From an uncultured delta proteobacterium (GTDB lineage Bacteria; Myxococcota_A; Polyangia; Fen-1088): 64,000 nucleotides of DNA. Position numbers and translations under genes: made by a program. The notes beneath the pieces are model-generated. The model was not told the DNA's origin. It did no database searches and saw only the letters and a list, made by a program, of their open reading frames with translations. Positions 1 through 10,067 of this stretch are shown in pieces. The number at the start of each line of letters is the position of its first letter. Position 1 is the first letter of the stretch. The DNA is taken from contig CAWCMR010000009.1 of assembly GCA_963796685.1 (NCBI GenBank), positions 192,001 through 256,000 of the forward strand, written 5' to 3'.

Positions 1-49
1 TAGGCGCGCGATACCTCGTTCAGCGCCTTGATCCAAGGTAGCGCAAGGT

Positions 50-65
50 AGGCCCGGCGGTTGCA
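50..65 (+). promoter_or_regulatory. candidate sigma54 -24/-12 promoter of the RND operon
   Basis: AGGCCCGGCGGTTGCA has GG-N10-GC spacing and TTGCA at -12, about 30 bp upstream of the ATG at 97; the -24 half is imperfect. Confidence 0.35.
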
Positions 66-96
66 TCGGAGACGAGCCAACAATCGGAGAGCTCAC

Positions 97-1260
97 ATGC
101 GAACGTTCAATTCTACGTCCAATGCCATGTGGCGCGTCATGCTGGGCGCGCTGTGGTTTGCTTCCGGGTGCCGTGTGGCCTACACGGCGCCAGCGGCCCC
201 TCTGCCCGCGGTCACCGTGGCGGAAGTCGAAGAGCACAAGGTCGCGGATTGGGATGAATTCATTGGACGCTTCGACGCGGTCAATTCGGTCGAGATCCGC
301 CCGCGCGTCTCGGGAACCGTCGAACGCGTGCTGTTTCAGGAAGGCAAGGAAGTGCGCAAGGGCGACCTTCTCTTTCAGATAGACCCGCGTCCGTACCGGG
401 CCGCGCTGGCACGCGCCCAAGCCGAGCTTGCGGAAGCCCGAAGCACGGCGACGCTGGCAACCCGCTCCCTCGATCGATCGAAGCATCTGATTGCGGCCGA
501 CGCCACGACGCGCGCGGATTTTGACGACCACACCGCCGGGTCCGAGCGGGCCGAGGCTGCCGTGAACGCGGCCGAGGCCGCAATAACCATGGCACGCCTC
601 AATCTCGAATGGACACAGGTACGCTCGCCGATTCGCGGGCGGGTGGGCCGCGCCGAGATCACGACGGGCAACCTGGTACAGGCCGGTGCCTCGCGCCTGA
701 CCACGGTGGTTTCGAGCGATCCCATCTACGTCTACTTCGACGCGGACGAGCGCAGCTACCTCAGGATGGTGGCGCACCAGCGGGCGTCCAAGGACGAGCA
801 CATCCCCATCGTGATGGGTATGGCGGACGAAGAGGCCCGCTTCCCGCATCAGGGCCACCTCGACTTCATCGACAACCGGCTGGATCCGAGCACCGGCACC
901 GTGCGAGCGCGGGCCGTGTTTACCAACAAAGATCAACGTTTCACACCCGGGCTGTTCGCGCGCCTCAAGGTGCTGGACAGCAACGAATATCTCGCCCCAG
1001 TGGTGAACGACCGCGCGATTGGAACCGATCAGGACAAGAAGTTCGTGCTGGTGCTCAAGCACGACAGCACGGTGGAGTACCGCCCGATTGAGCTGGGACG
1101 GCTGGTGGACGGCTATCGGGTGGTCACCAAGGGCCTCGAGCCGCACGAGAAGATCGTCGTCAATGGCCTACAACGGGTGCGGCCGGGCGCCAAGGTCGCC
1201 GCAACCCTGGGCCCCATGCTTGCGCAAGCGGAGCACGAGCATCCGAGCGCAAATCCCTAG
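97..1260 (+). CDS. RND efflux periplasmic adaptor (MexE/OqxA-like membrane fusion lipoprotein)
   Basis: EIRPRVSG, LFQIDPRPY, SPIRGRVG and IGTDQDKKFV motifs; FASGC lipobox-like; GGAGA RBS before ATG 97. Confidence 0.93.
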   Translation: MRTFNSTSNAMWRVMLGALWFASGCRVAYTAPAAPLPAVTVAEVEEHKVADWDEFIGRFDAVNSVEIRPRVSGTVERVLFQEGKEVRKGDLLFQIDPRPYRAALARAQAELAEARSTATLATRSLDRSKHLIAADATTRADFDDHTAGSERAEAAVNAAEAAITMARLNLEWTQVRSPIRGRVGRAEITTGNLVQAGASRLTTVVSSDPIYVYFDADERSYLRMVAHQRASKDEHIPIVMGMADEEARFPHQGHLDFIDNRLDPSTGTVRARAVFTNKDQRFTPGLFARLKVLDSNEYLAPVVNDRAIGTDQDKKFVLVLKHDSTVEYRPIELGRLVDGYRVVTKGLEPHEKIVVNGLQRVRPGAKVAATLGPMLAQAEHEHPSANP

Positions 1261-1277
1261 GCCGAACTGGAGACAGC

Positions 1278-4200
1278 ATGCGTTTTTCTCGCTTTTTCAT
1301 CGACCGGCCCATCTTCGCGGCCGTGCTTTCCATCGTCATCTTCATCGCCGGGGCGGTCTCCATCTTTCGCCTGCCCGTGAGCGAGTATCCCGAGGTGGTG
1401 CCTCCCTCCGTGGTCGTGCGCGCGGTCTACCCGGGCGCCAATCCGCGCGTGCTCGCCGAGTCGGTGGCGGCCCCGCTCGAAGAGCAGATCAACGGCGTCG
1501 AGGACATGCTCTACATGTCGTCGCAGGCCACCGCGGACGGCGCCCTCAGCCTGACCGTGACCTTTCACGTGGGAACCGACGTGGATCTGGCGCAGGTGCA
1601 CGTGCAGAACCGGGTCAGTCAGGCGCTTCCGCGTCTGCCCGACGAGGTCCGACAGCTCGGCGTCACCACGATCAAGAGCTCGCCCAACATCACCATGGTC
1701 GTGCACTTGGTGTCGCCCGACAACCGCTACGACATGGTTTACCTGCGCAACTACGCCGTCCTGCAGGTCAAAGACGCGCTGGCACGCATTCCGGGCGTCG
1801 GCCAGGTCAACATCTTCGGCGCGGGCGATTACGCGATCCGGGTGTGGCTGGATCCCGACAAGGTGGCCTCGCGCGGCTTGTCGGCCAGCGATGTGGTCAG
1901 AGCCATCCGCGAACAGAACGTGGAGGTCGCGGCCGGCGTGGTGGGTGGGATGCCCATGCCCAAAGCGGTCGACTACACCCTGACCGTCAATGCCCGCGGG
2001 CGCCTCACCAGCGAGCAGGAATTTCGCGACGTCGTGATCAAGACCGGCGCGGACGGACAGATCACCAGGCTCGGCGACGTGGCCCGCGTGGAGTTGGGCG
2101 CCGGCAGCTACTCGCTGCGCTCGATGCTGGACAACAAGGATGCGGTCGCGCTCGGCATCTTCCAGGCGCCCGGCTCGAACGCGCTGCGGGTTTCCACCGC
2201 GGTCCGCGAGACCATGGCCGAGCTCTCGCGCAACTTCCCGCAAGGGGTCGAGTATCGCGTGGTCTACGATCCCACCACCAACGTGCGCGAGGGCATCGCC
2301 GAGGTGGCCAAGACCCTGTTCGAGGCCATCGGGCTGGTCGTGCTGGTGGTGGTGCTGTTTCTGCAGACCTGGCGCGCGTCGATCATCCCGCTGTTGGCGG
2401 TTCCCATCTCGATCGTCGGTACGTTCGCCATCATGTCGATATTCGGATTCTCCATCAACACGCTGTCGCTCTTCGGGTTGGTGCTGGCCATTGGCATCGT
2501 GGTCGACGACGCCATCGTGGTAGTCGAGAACGTCGAACGTGGCATCGAGGAGGGACTGTCCCCTCGCGAGGCGAGCTATCGCGCCATGGCGGAGGTCAGT
2601 CGTCCCATCATCGCCATCGCGCTGGTGCTGTGCGCGGTCTTCGTCCCGGTGGCCTTCGTCAGCGGCTTGACCGGTCAGTTCTACCGTCAGTTCGCCCTCA
2701 CCATCGCCTTCTCCACCGTGATCTCCGCCTTCAACTCGCTCACCCTGTCTCCCGCTCTCAGCGCCATTCTGCTGCCGCGCCACGGGGCCAAGCCCGATTG
2801 GCTGACCCGTTTGCTCGACCTCACCTTCGGCTGGCTGTTCCGCGCTTTCAATCGCCTTTTCAAGCGGGGCTCCCAGCGCTACACCCGCACCGCCGGCGGT
2901 TTGATTCGCCACCGTGGGCTCGCCTTCGGCGCCTATCTTGTCCTGATCGCCGCCACGGCGCTGGGATTCGCCCGGCTGCCGAGCGGATTCGTGCCTACCC
3001 AGGACAAGAGCTATCTCATCGCCTTTGCCCAACTCCCCGACGGTGCCACGCTGGATCGAACCACCGACGTGGTCAAGCGGATGGCCGACATCGGGCTCAA
3101 GCAGCCCGGAGTCGCGGGCGCGGTTCAGTTCCCCGGTCTTTCCATCAACGGCTTCGTCAACGCGTCCAACGCCGGCATCATCTTCTTCGTCCTGAAGCCG
3201 TTCGACGAGCGCGAAAGCAAGCCCCTGTACGGGCCCGCCATCGCGGGAGCCCTGAACGCAAGATTTGCGAGCATCCAGGATGCCTTCGTGGCCGTCTTTC
3301 CGCCGCCACCGGTGATGGGCCTCGGTACCGTCGGAGGTTTCAAGCTCGAGCTCGAAGACCGAGCTGGCCTCGGGGAGGAGGCGCTCGGCAAGGCCAGCCA
3401 GGCGCTCCTCGCCAAGGCCTACCAGACGCCGACCCTGGCCGGGCTCTTCTCCGGCTACCGTCGCAACGTGCCCCAGGTGGACGTCCAGGTCGATCGCGAG
3501 AAGGTCAAGCAGCTCGGAGTTCCGCTGACCGAGCTCTTTCAGACCATGCAGATCTACCTTGGGTCGGTGTACGTCAACGACATCAATCGCTTCGGCCGAA
3601 CCTACCAAGTCCTGGTTCAGGCCGACGCCCCCTTCCGCGCGACTTCGGACAGCATCGCGCAATTGAAGGTGCGAAACAACCGGGGGGACATGGTGCCCCT
3701 CGGATCCCTGGTGAAGGTCACGCCGTCGCGTGGGCCTGACCAACAGCTTCACTACAACGGCTATCCCGCGGCGGACATCAACGGTGGCCCGGCGCCCAGG
3801 GTGAGCTCGGGCGCGGCCGTGGCGACCATGGAACGCATCGCGAAGCAGACCCTGCCCAACGGCATCGGGTTCGAGTGGACCGACCTGACCTACCAGCAGC
3901 AGCTCGCCGGCGACACCACGCTGCCGGTGTTTCTCTTGTGCGTGCTGCTGGTGTTCCTGGTGCTGGCCGCGCAGTACGAGAGCTGGTCGCTGCCGGCGGC
4001 GGTGATCCTGATTGTGCCTCTGTGTCTGATGTGCGCGGCGGCCGGCATCTGGCTTACCGACGGCGACAACAACATCTTCACCCAGGTCGGGTTCCTGGTC
4101 CTCATCGGGCTTGCGTGCAAGAACGCCATCCTCATCGTCGAGTTTGCCCGCGAGCTCGAACGCGAAGGGCGTTCCACCGTCCAGGCGGCCATGGAGGCCG

Positions 4201-4460
4201 CGGGCATCCGCCTGCGTCCCATCCTCATGACCTCGTTCGCCTTCATCATGGGCGTCATCCCGCTGGTGATCTCCTCGGGTGCGGGAGCCGAGATAAGGCA
4301 GGCCATGGGCATCGCCGTGTTCTCCGGCATGCTGGGCGTGACCTTCTTCGGCCTGGTGCTGACTCCGGTGTTCTACGTGCTCGTGCGCAAGCTGGCTGCC
4401 CGTCGCCTGCGTAGCGCAGAGCCTCAGGTGGCGCCGTCCCAAGCACTGGCCGACGGGTGA
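1278..4460 (+). CDS. RND efflux permease (HAE1, MexF/OqxB-like)
   Basis: 1060 aa; MRFSRFFIDRPIFA start, GIVVDDAIVVVEN, KNAILIVEFA, RLRPILMTS. Confidence 0.96.
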   Translation: MRFSRFFIDRPIFAAVLSIVIFIAGAVSIFRLPVSEYPEVVPPSVVVRAVYPGANPRVLAESVAAPLEEQINGVEDMLYMSSQATADGALSLTVTFHVGTDVDLAQVHVQNRVSQALPRLPDEVRQLGVTTIKSSPNITMVVHLVSPDNRYDMVYLRNYAVLQVKDALARIPGVGQVNIFGAGDYAIRVWLDPDKVASRGLSASDVVRAIREQNVEVAAGVVGGMPMPKAVDYTLTVNARGRLTSEQEFRDVVIKTGADGQITRLGDVARVELGAGSYSLRSMLDNKDAVALGIFQAPGSNALRVSTAVRETMAELSRNFPQGVEYRVVYDPTTNVREGIAEVAKTLFEAIGLVVLVVVLFLQTWRASIIPLLAVPISIVGTFAIMSIFGFSINTLSLFGLVLAIGIVVDDAIVVVENVERGIEEGLSPREASYRAMAEVSRPIIAIALVLCAVFVPVAFVSGLTGQFYRQFALTIAFSTVISAFNSLTLSPALSAILLPRHGAKPDWLTRLLDLTFGWLFRAFNRLFKRGSQRYTRTAGGLIRHRGLAFGAYLVLIAATALGFARLPSGFVPTQDKSYLIAFAQLPDGATLDRTTDVVKRMADIGLKQPGVAGAVQFPGLSINGFVNASNAGIIFFVLKPFDERESKPLYGPAIAGALNARFASIQDAFVAVFPPPPVMGLGTVGGFKLELEDRAGLGEEALGKASQALLAKAYQTPTLAGLFSGYRRNVPQVDVQVDREKVKQLGVPLTELFQTMQIYLGSVYVNDINRFGRTYQVLVQADAPFRATSDSIAQLKVRNNRGDMVPLGSLVKVTPSRGPDQQLHYNGYPAADINGGPAPRVSSGAAVATMERIAKQTLPNGIGFEWTDLTYQQQLAGDTTLPVFLLCVLLVFLVLAAQYESWSLPAAVILIVPLCLMCAAAGIWLTDGDNNIFTQVGFLVLIGLACKNAILIVEFARELEREGRSTVQAAMEAAGIRLRPILMTSFAFIMGVIPLVISSGAGAEIRQAMGIAVFSGMLGVTFFGLVLTPVFYVLVRKLAARRLRSAEPQVAPSQALADG

Positions 4461-4491
4461 TACCCGAGGCGCGGCCATGCATCCAAGGCGT

Positions 4492-5602
4492 ATGGCCAAT
4501 CCAACTCGCACCATCGCAAGCCTCACCGACTACGCACTGCTCGGCCGGAGCGGCCTGCGCGTCTCGCCCATCTGCCTGGGAACCATGACCTTCGGCACGG
4601 AGTGGGGCTGGGGAGCACCGAAGGATACTGCCTTCGCCCTACTCGACCGCTACCTCGAAGCGGGCGGCAACTTTGTCGACACGGCCGACGCTTACACCGG
4701 CGGCACCAGCGAAACCTTCATCGGAGAGTACCTGTCCGCACGCGGCTTGCGCGACCGAGTCGTGCTGGCGACCAAGTTCACCTTCAATTCCGCCCCTGGC
4801 GATCCGAATGCGGGTGGCAACGGGCGCAAGAACATCTACCGTGCCCTCGAGGCGTCGCTGCGCCGGCTGAAGACCGACTACGTCGATCTGTACTGGCTGC
4901 ATGCCTGGGATGGGCTCACGCCGGTCGAAGAGGTCATGCAGACGCTGGCGGACCTGGTACGGGCCGGCAAGATCCGCTACATCGGTCTGTCCGACACGCC
5001 GGCTTGGTACCTCGCGCGCGCGCAGACCCTCGCCGAGCTGCGCGGACTTCCCATGATCGTTGCCCTGCAGCTCGAGTACTCGCTGGTCGAACGCAACATC
5101 GAGCGCGAGCACATTCCGGCCGCGCTGGAGCTGGGTATGGGCGTCTGCCCGTGGAGCCCTCTCGCGAGCGGGATGTTGTCGGGGAAGTACGCCCGCAACG
5201 GCACCGCGGCGACCGGCGCCGGCCGCCTCGAGTCAGTGCAGAAATCAGGCAATCCGGCCATCCTCAAGATTCTCACGGAAAAGAACTGGCGCATCGTCGA
5301 TGCCCTGGTGGCCGGCGCAAAGGAGGTCGGCAAGACGCCGGCCGAGGTTGCGCTCAACTGGGTCACCAAGCGCCCCGGCGTGAGCCTCGACCATCATCGG
5401 CGCGACCAAGCTCGATCAACTCGACGCGAACCTGCGCGCGCTGGACTTCGAGCTTCCGGGCGAGCTCTCGGCGAGGCTGGAGTCGCTCGGGCGCCCCGAG
5501 GCCGTGCACCCATACTTCTTCTTCGAGCCCGCGATGCGCGCCATGCTGACCGGCGGCACCAACATCCGGCGCGAGCCCGCCTGGTTCCGCATGCCCTGCT
5601 GA
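4492..5602 (+). CDS. aldo/keto reductase with a +1 frameshift at ~5385 (probable sequencing error)
   Basis: LGRSGLRVSPICLGTMTFG, DTADAY, DYVDLYWLH, PWSPLASG; the conserved C-terminus STIIGATKLDQLDANLRAL...PAWFRMPC* continues in another frame after GTGAGCCTCG. Confidence 0.9.
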
Positions 5603-5761
5603 CAGGAACTACCGTTTGTTCTGATTATCCTTGGTGCAGTGGCGCGGGCCGTGCGTTTCCGTTTCGCTGATCCTCCGCAGCAAAAAGAATGGGCCTGGCA
5701 CCGACGGGTTGGCCCCTCTATTCGCGTGACAAGAATCTCCTCTCCACGACACTATCCAGTC

Positions 5762-7354
5762 ATGAATACTCGATCCGCGCTCGTTCTGTCGTTGGGGGCC
5801 ATCTTGGCCAGTACGCTGCCAGCCGCGTCTGCCAGGGCGGCGTCGTTGCAGCAGGTCAGCAACTGGGCCGGCGGCACGAGCTTGCCATCGGACGTGAGCA
5901 TGTATGTCTATGTCCCGGACAAGGTGGCCACGAACCCTCCACTTCTGACCCTTATCCACTATTGCGGGGGAAGCGCCCAAGCAGTCCTTGGCCAGGCGAC
6001 GGGTAACGGCACCACAAACGGCGGTATCAAACAGGCGGCGGACCAATACGGATTCATCATGGTCGTCCCTAGCAACGCGAACGCATCGGGTGCGAATGGG
6101 AGGTGCTGGGACGTCACCTCTAGCAAAACCCACACGCGCGACGGTGGGGGCGACAGTCACGCCATCGCCCAAATGGTCAGGTACGCGATCACCCAGTATC
6201 ACGCCAACGCGGAACGCGTCTATTCGACGGGAGACTCGTCGGGCGCCATGATGACCGAGCTTCTGCTCGCTCTTTACCCGGACATCTACAAGGCCGGCGC
6301 CGCGTTTGCCGGGGTGCCGGCCGGATGCTCGAACGAGTTCGACGGATCGGGCCTGTGCGGCCTGCCAGCTCAAACCGCACAGCAATGGGGCGATCGCGTG
6401 CGCCTCATGGATCAGGGATATTCTGGCCATCGCCCGCGCGTTCAGCTCTTCCACGGCGATGCGGACGGGACCATCACGTACAAGAACTTGGCCCAAGCCA
6501 TCAATGAGTGGACCAACGTTCTCGGTCTCGCTGCGACTCCGACGTCGACGAGCAGCGGCCTGACGCTTGGAACCCATCAAGCCTCGGAACAGCAGTGGAA
6601 GAATTCGTGCGGCTATGTGGTCCTGGACGCACTCACGTCGATCGGCGGCGATCACGGCCCATCGGACGCCCTGTTCGAAGGCAAGTATGTGCTGCCATTC
6701 CTGGGGCTTGACAGCCAAGCCGCAACCGCCGCGGCAGTCGATCCCGAAATCGCACAGTGCGGTGGCGACGCTGGCGCGCCCACCGGCGACGCGGGCAGCG
6801 ATGCAAGCAAGACGGACATCGGTGCCGCCGGTGGTAGCAGCGGTGGGGGTGGCAGCAGCGGTAGAGGCGGCAGCGGCGGCGGCAGCGGCAGCGGCGGCAG
6901 CAGTGGCAGCGGCGGCAGCAGCGGCAAGGGCGGCAGCAGTGGCAGCAGTGGCAGCAGTGGCAGCGGCGGCAGCAGCGGCAAGGGCGGCAGCAGCAACAGC
7001 GGCGGCAGCAACAGCGGCGGGGCACAGGAAAGCGGTGGGACACCGGGTAGCGGTGGCGGCCAAGGCACCGGCGGCAGCGGCAACGGCGGTGCGCCAGGCT
7101 CGGGCGGTGCGACAGGAAGTGGTGGCAGGTCAGCGAGTGGTGGAAGCGCAGGCGGAACGTCGAGCAGCGGTGGGGCGGCTGGTAGCTCCTCCGCGGGAGT
7201 AGGTTCCGGAGCGAATGGATGCAGCTGCGCTCTCGGCAAGCCTCATTCGAGGCAGGGCGCGAGCCTCGCAACGTTTGCGCTGGCATTTGCCGCAGCAGCT
7301 TTCCTGCGCCGGCGGCGGCGAACGATGCGGAAGCCTGGCGAAGTCAAGGCGTGA
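5762..7354 (+). CDS. CE1 acetylxylan esterase / PHB-depolymerase-family esterase with Gly-rich stalk and MYXO-CTERM anchor
   Basis: signal peptide; MYVYVPD, RCWDV, GGGDS, nucleophile TGDSSG, QLFHGDAD; ends GCSC-TM-RRRRR. Confidence 0.85.
   Translation: MNTRSALVLSLGAILASTLPAASARAASLQQVSNWAGGTSLPSDVSMYVYVPDKVATNPPLLTLIHYCGGSAQAVLGQATGNGTTNGGIKQAADQYGFIMVVPSNANASGANGRCWDVTSSKTHTRDGGGDSHAIAQMVRYAITQYHANAERVYSTGDSSGAMMTELLLALYPDIYKAGAAFAGVPAGCSNEFDGSGLCGLPAQTAQQWGDRVRLMDQGYSGHRPRVQLFHGDADGTITYKNLAQAINEWTNVLGLAATPTSTSSGLTLGTHQASEQQWKNSCGYVVLDALTSIGGDHGPSDALFEGKYVLPFLGLDSQAATAAAVDPEIAQCGGDAGAPTGDAGSDASKTDIGAAGGSSGGGGSSGRGGSGGGSGSGGSSGSGGSSGKGGSSGSSGSSGSGGSSGKGGSSNSGGSNSGGAQESGGTPGSGGGQGTGGSGNGGAPGSGGATGSGGRSASGGSAGGTSSSGGAAGSSSAGVGSGANGCSCALGKPHSRQGASLATFALAFAAAAFLRRRRRTMRKPGEVKA
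6901..6993 (+). repeat. direct repeat (54-bp period) within the Gly/Ser linker
   Basis: CAGTGGCAGCGGCGGCAGCAGCGGCAAGGGCGGCAGCAG at 6901 and 6955. Confidence 0.8.
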
Positions 7355-7364
7355 AGCAGGCACC

Positions 7365-7531
7365 CTAGGAGGCTGGTGCTAAATGGCGGACCGAGCTTCT
7401 GGCGAGGCGAGGAGCCCCGGCCGCGAGGCGCGAGGAGGGCGAATACTGGACGTATTTAACCGACGAGCAACGAAGCGGGCGGGGCCCGCAGCCCGCCAAG
7501 CGACGGGAGCCGTTTGACACCAGCCTCCTAG
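7365..7531. mobile_element. MITE-like non-autonomous element (167 bp)
   Basis: perfect 14-bp terminal inverted repeat CTAGGAGGCTGGTG...CACCAGCCTCCTAG, extending imperfectly to ~23 bp; CTAG ends; central AATAC-N5-GTATT hairpin; lies between convergent genes. Confidence 0.8.
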
Positions 7532-7593
7532 TCCCGCAATCGCTGCAGAAGCTCGCACCGTGGTAACGGTGTGTTCGATGTCTGCGTGTACGT

Positions 7594-9618
7594 TCAGCCG
7601 TGCGACCTTGGTATTGCTGAGCTCGAGCCGAGCCGCAGTCCTCGGCGGCGAACGAGGAGCAAGAGCAGCAGGGCTAACGCGGTCAAACCAGGCCGACTGC
7701 CACCGGACCCCATACGGCAGCTGCAGCCGGAGGACTTGTTCGACGCAAGGGTGTTGCTACCTGCGGCGCCACCCGCACCCGCACCACCCATGCCGCCTGA
7801 GCCGCCGTTACCCGATCGGCCTCCGTTCGCGCTGCTGGCGCCGCCACTGGCCATCGCCCCACCCGAAGCGGCTGCGCCGCCTCCTGTGCCAGAGGCTCCG
7901 CCCGCGCCGCCGCCCGCTCCCACGGTTCCGCCGCTTGCAGGTGCGCCGCCCACACCACCGCCATCGGTCCTGGTGCTGCTCCCTCCACCAGCGCCTGATG
8001 TTCCGCTGTTGCCGCCGGTGCCGCCGGTGCTTCCGGTGCTTCCGCCCGTTCCAGGTGCTCCACCAGAGCCACCGCTTGTGCCGCCTGCCCCGGATCTTCC
8101 TCCGGAGCCCGAGCCGCCCGCGCCGCCGGTGGCGCTCGCGTCCCCAGCCTCTGGCGGCGCCCCGCCATCCTGCTGGTCAGCCGCGCCGGGTCCGCTGAAT
8201 TGCCACCAGTTGAAATTGAAGAGGTTCGAGCTTCCGCTTCCGGTGAACTTGAAGAACAGATCGTGCAATCCCGTGGCACCGCTGACCGAGCAGGTCTTGG
8301 TGGTCCATGTCTGGGCGCCACCGGTGCCTGAGACCGCGCAAGTCCCGAGCAATGTTCCGGTCTGGCTGTCGAGGTGCAGCTCGATGCTTCCACCGCTCGC
8401 GTCCGAGGCGACCCTCGCGTCGAAGGATGTGGCGCCGCTGCCGAAATTCACGTTCTTGACCTTGATGTAATCCCCGTTCTGGATGCCCGTGACATCCATC
8501 CCACCTCCCGTATCGCTGGTCACCTCCGTCTGGACGCCGGATTCCCAGGCGATGGTCTCTGCTTCGGTCTGCACGAACGGGTTCAGGTTGGCAATAGCCT
8601 TCGGGCCCCCGCTCGTCGGTGTAATCGTCGGGAAGGACCCGTCGGCATTGTAGGTGAACTCCTCGAGACACACCGAGCGGTGATAGCCGTCGCCGTTCGA
8701 GGGGACCGAGCCGCCTTTTTGCAAGGCACCGTCGTGGTAGAAAAAATAGGAATGCCCATTGAAATCGATGATGCCGGTGTGATTGGTGAAGCTCGCCCCT
8801 GAAGCCTTCATGATGGTCCCTCCGTAGGTGAAGGGGCCCGTGGCTGCGGTGGCTCTGGAATAGGAGATGTCCTCCGGAATGTTGTTGGCCGCGTAAGCGA
8901 GGTAGTAGGTCGTGCCGTGCTTCATGATCCACGGCCCCTCTTCATATTGAGAGGGGAAGCCGCCTGCGGACGGAGCAGGCCCGAAGGATTGGGTGTTGAC
9001 CGTGGGGCATTGGACGCTCCCCGAATACGAGATCATGTCCGAGTTCAGCTTCACGTAGCCTGGAACGCTTCTGCCAAAATAGAGATACGCTTGCCCGTCG
9101 TCGTCGATGAAGACCGTGGGATCGATGTCGCCCGTCCCTCCTGAGCAACCGGCGGTGACCAGCGGCTTGCCGATGGCGTCCGTGTACGGGCCGATGGGAC
9201 TACTGGAAACGCCGACTCCGATGACCGTCGAGCCGGAGGTGTTGTTCAGGGGGACGTAGAGGTAAAATTTGCCGTTGCGGGGGATGGCTTGTGGAGCCCA
9301 CGCAGCGGTGCCCGCCCAGCTGAACGATTTCCAGCTGGCCACCACGCCGTGGTCGGTCCAGTTCACCATGTCCGCGGACGAGTACGCAAACCACTGGCAC
9401 AGGGTGTAACCGGCCACCGCGCTGCATGGCTGTCCGGCTGCGTTCTCGTCGTGCGTCGTGATGAGGTAGATTCTACCGTCAGAAACCATGGGCGCGGGAT
9501 CGGACGTGTAGTTGGTCTGTACGATGGGATTATCCGCCAGAGAAGGCGACGAATAGGTGGCCACCAAGCAGACCACAAGTGCCATGGTGAGGAAACGACG
9601 TCGATTCGTGCCGGTCAT
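7594..9618 (-). CDS. GH43 xylosidase/arabinofuranosidase + CBM6 + Gly stalk + MYXO-CTERM
   Basis: NPIVQTNYTSDPAPMV, WAPQ, IDPTVFIDDDG, YEEGPW; CBM6 EAETIAW...FNFNWWQF; GCSC-TM-RRR tail. Confidence 0.9.
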   Translation of the reverse strand: MTGTNRRRFLTMALVVCLVATYSSPSLADNPIVQTNYTSDPAPMVSDGRIYLITTHDENAAGQPCSAVAGYTLCQWFAYSSADMVNWTDHGVVASWKSFSWAGTAAWAPQAIPRNGKFYLYVPLNNTSGSTVIGVGVSSSPIGPYTDAIGKPLVTAGCSGGTGDIDPTVFIDDDGQAYLYFGRSVPGYVKLNSDMISYSGSVQCPTVNTQSFGPAPSAGGFPSQYEEGPWIMKHGTTYYLAYAANNIPEDISYSRATAATGPFTYGGTIMKASGASFTNHTGIIDFNGHSYFFYHDGALQKGGSVPSNGDGYHRSVCLEEFTYNADGSFPTITPTSGGPKAIANLNPFVQTEAETIAWESGVQTEVTSDTGGGMDVTGIQNGDYIKVKNVNFGSGATSFDARVASDASGGSIELHLDSQTGTLLGTCAVSGTGGAQTWTTKTCSVSGATGLHDLFFKFTGSGSSNLFNFNWWQFSGPGAADQQDGGAPPEAGDASATGGAGGSGSGGRSGAGGTSGGSGGAPGTGGSTGSTGGTGGNSGTSGAGGGSSTRTDGGGVGGAPASGGTVGAGGGAGGASGTGGGAAASGGAMASGGASSANGGRSGNGGSGGMGGAGAGGAAGSNTLASNKSSGCSCRMGSGGSRPGLTALALLLLLLVRRRGLRLGSSSAIPRSHG

Positions 9619-10067
9619 TCTGATTCTCCTGTAACGTTGTTGTCACTACCGCTTGCATTAACCGACATGAACTATTGCTCCGCGAGGCCGCAGGAGCCAC
9701 GAAGCCGGGTCATGGTTTCGTCAGCCATGCCTCGTTGCCCGGGAACGACCTCACACCGCTGTTTCAAGACTGTCGACGGTTTCGACTTTGCTTCGATCTT
9801 GATTCGAGGTCAATCCAATCCTCCTATCGGCCAAGCCTCTACGCACCGGATCTCGATCCCGGTCTGGCCTTCCGCGATAGACACATTCGCCAAAGGCAGT
9901 GGCGCTAGCCCCGCATTTCCGTTTCGCGGAAACGTAGGTAGGTGGAATGGGCTCAATCTCGCAGGAGCAAGGGGCAGAGCCAGATGGAATTCACGCGCTT
10001 CCACCACTGCGAGGAATGGCTTTGCGCTGAAGGTTCGTCCACGAAATTGCCAGAGAGTGAGGAACGT

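Noticed and set aside
1257-4526. Long antisense and alternate-frame ORFs (e.g. 1089 aa here; 679 and 691 aa over the activase operon)
   Set aside because: Shadow ORFs caused by high GC3 codon bias; they overlap well-supported genes and show no recognisable motifs
6830-7200. Repetitive GGCAGC tracts as a possible CRISPR array or DGR repeat
   Set aside because: In-frame low-complexity coding sequence with no repeat-spacer periodicity; no cas or reverse transcriptase gene in the window
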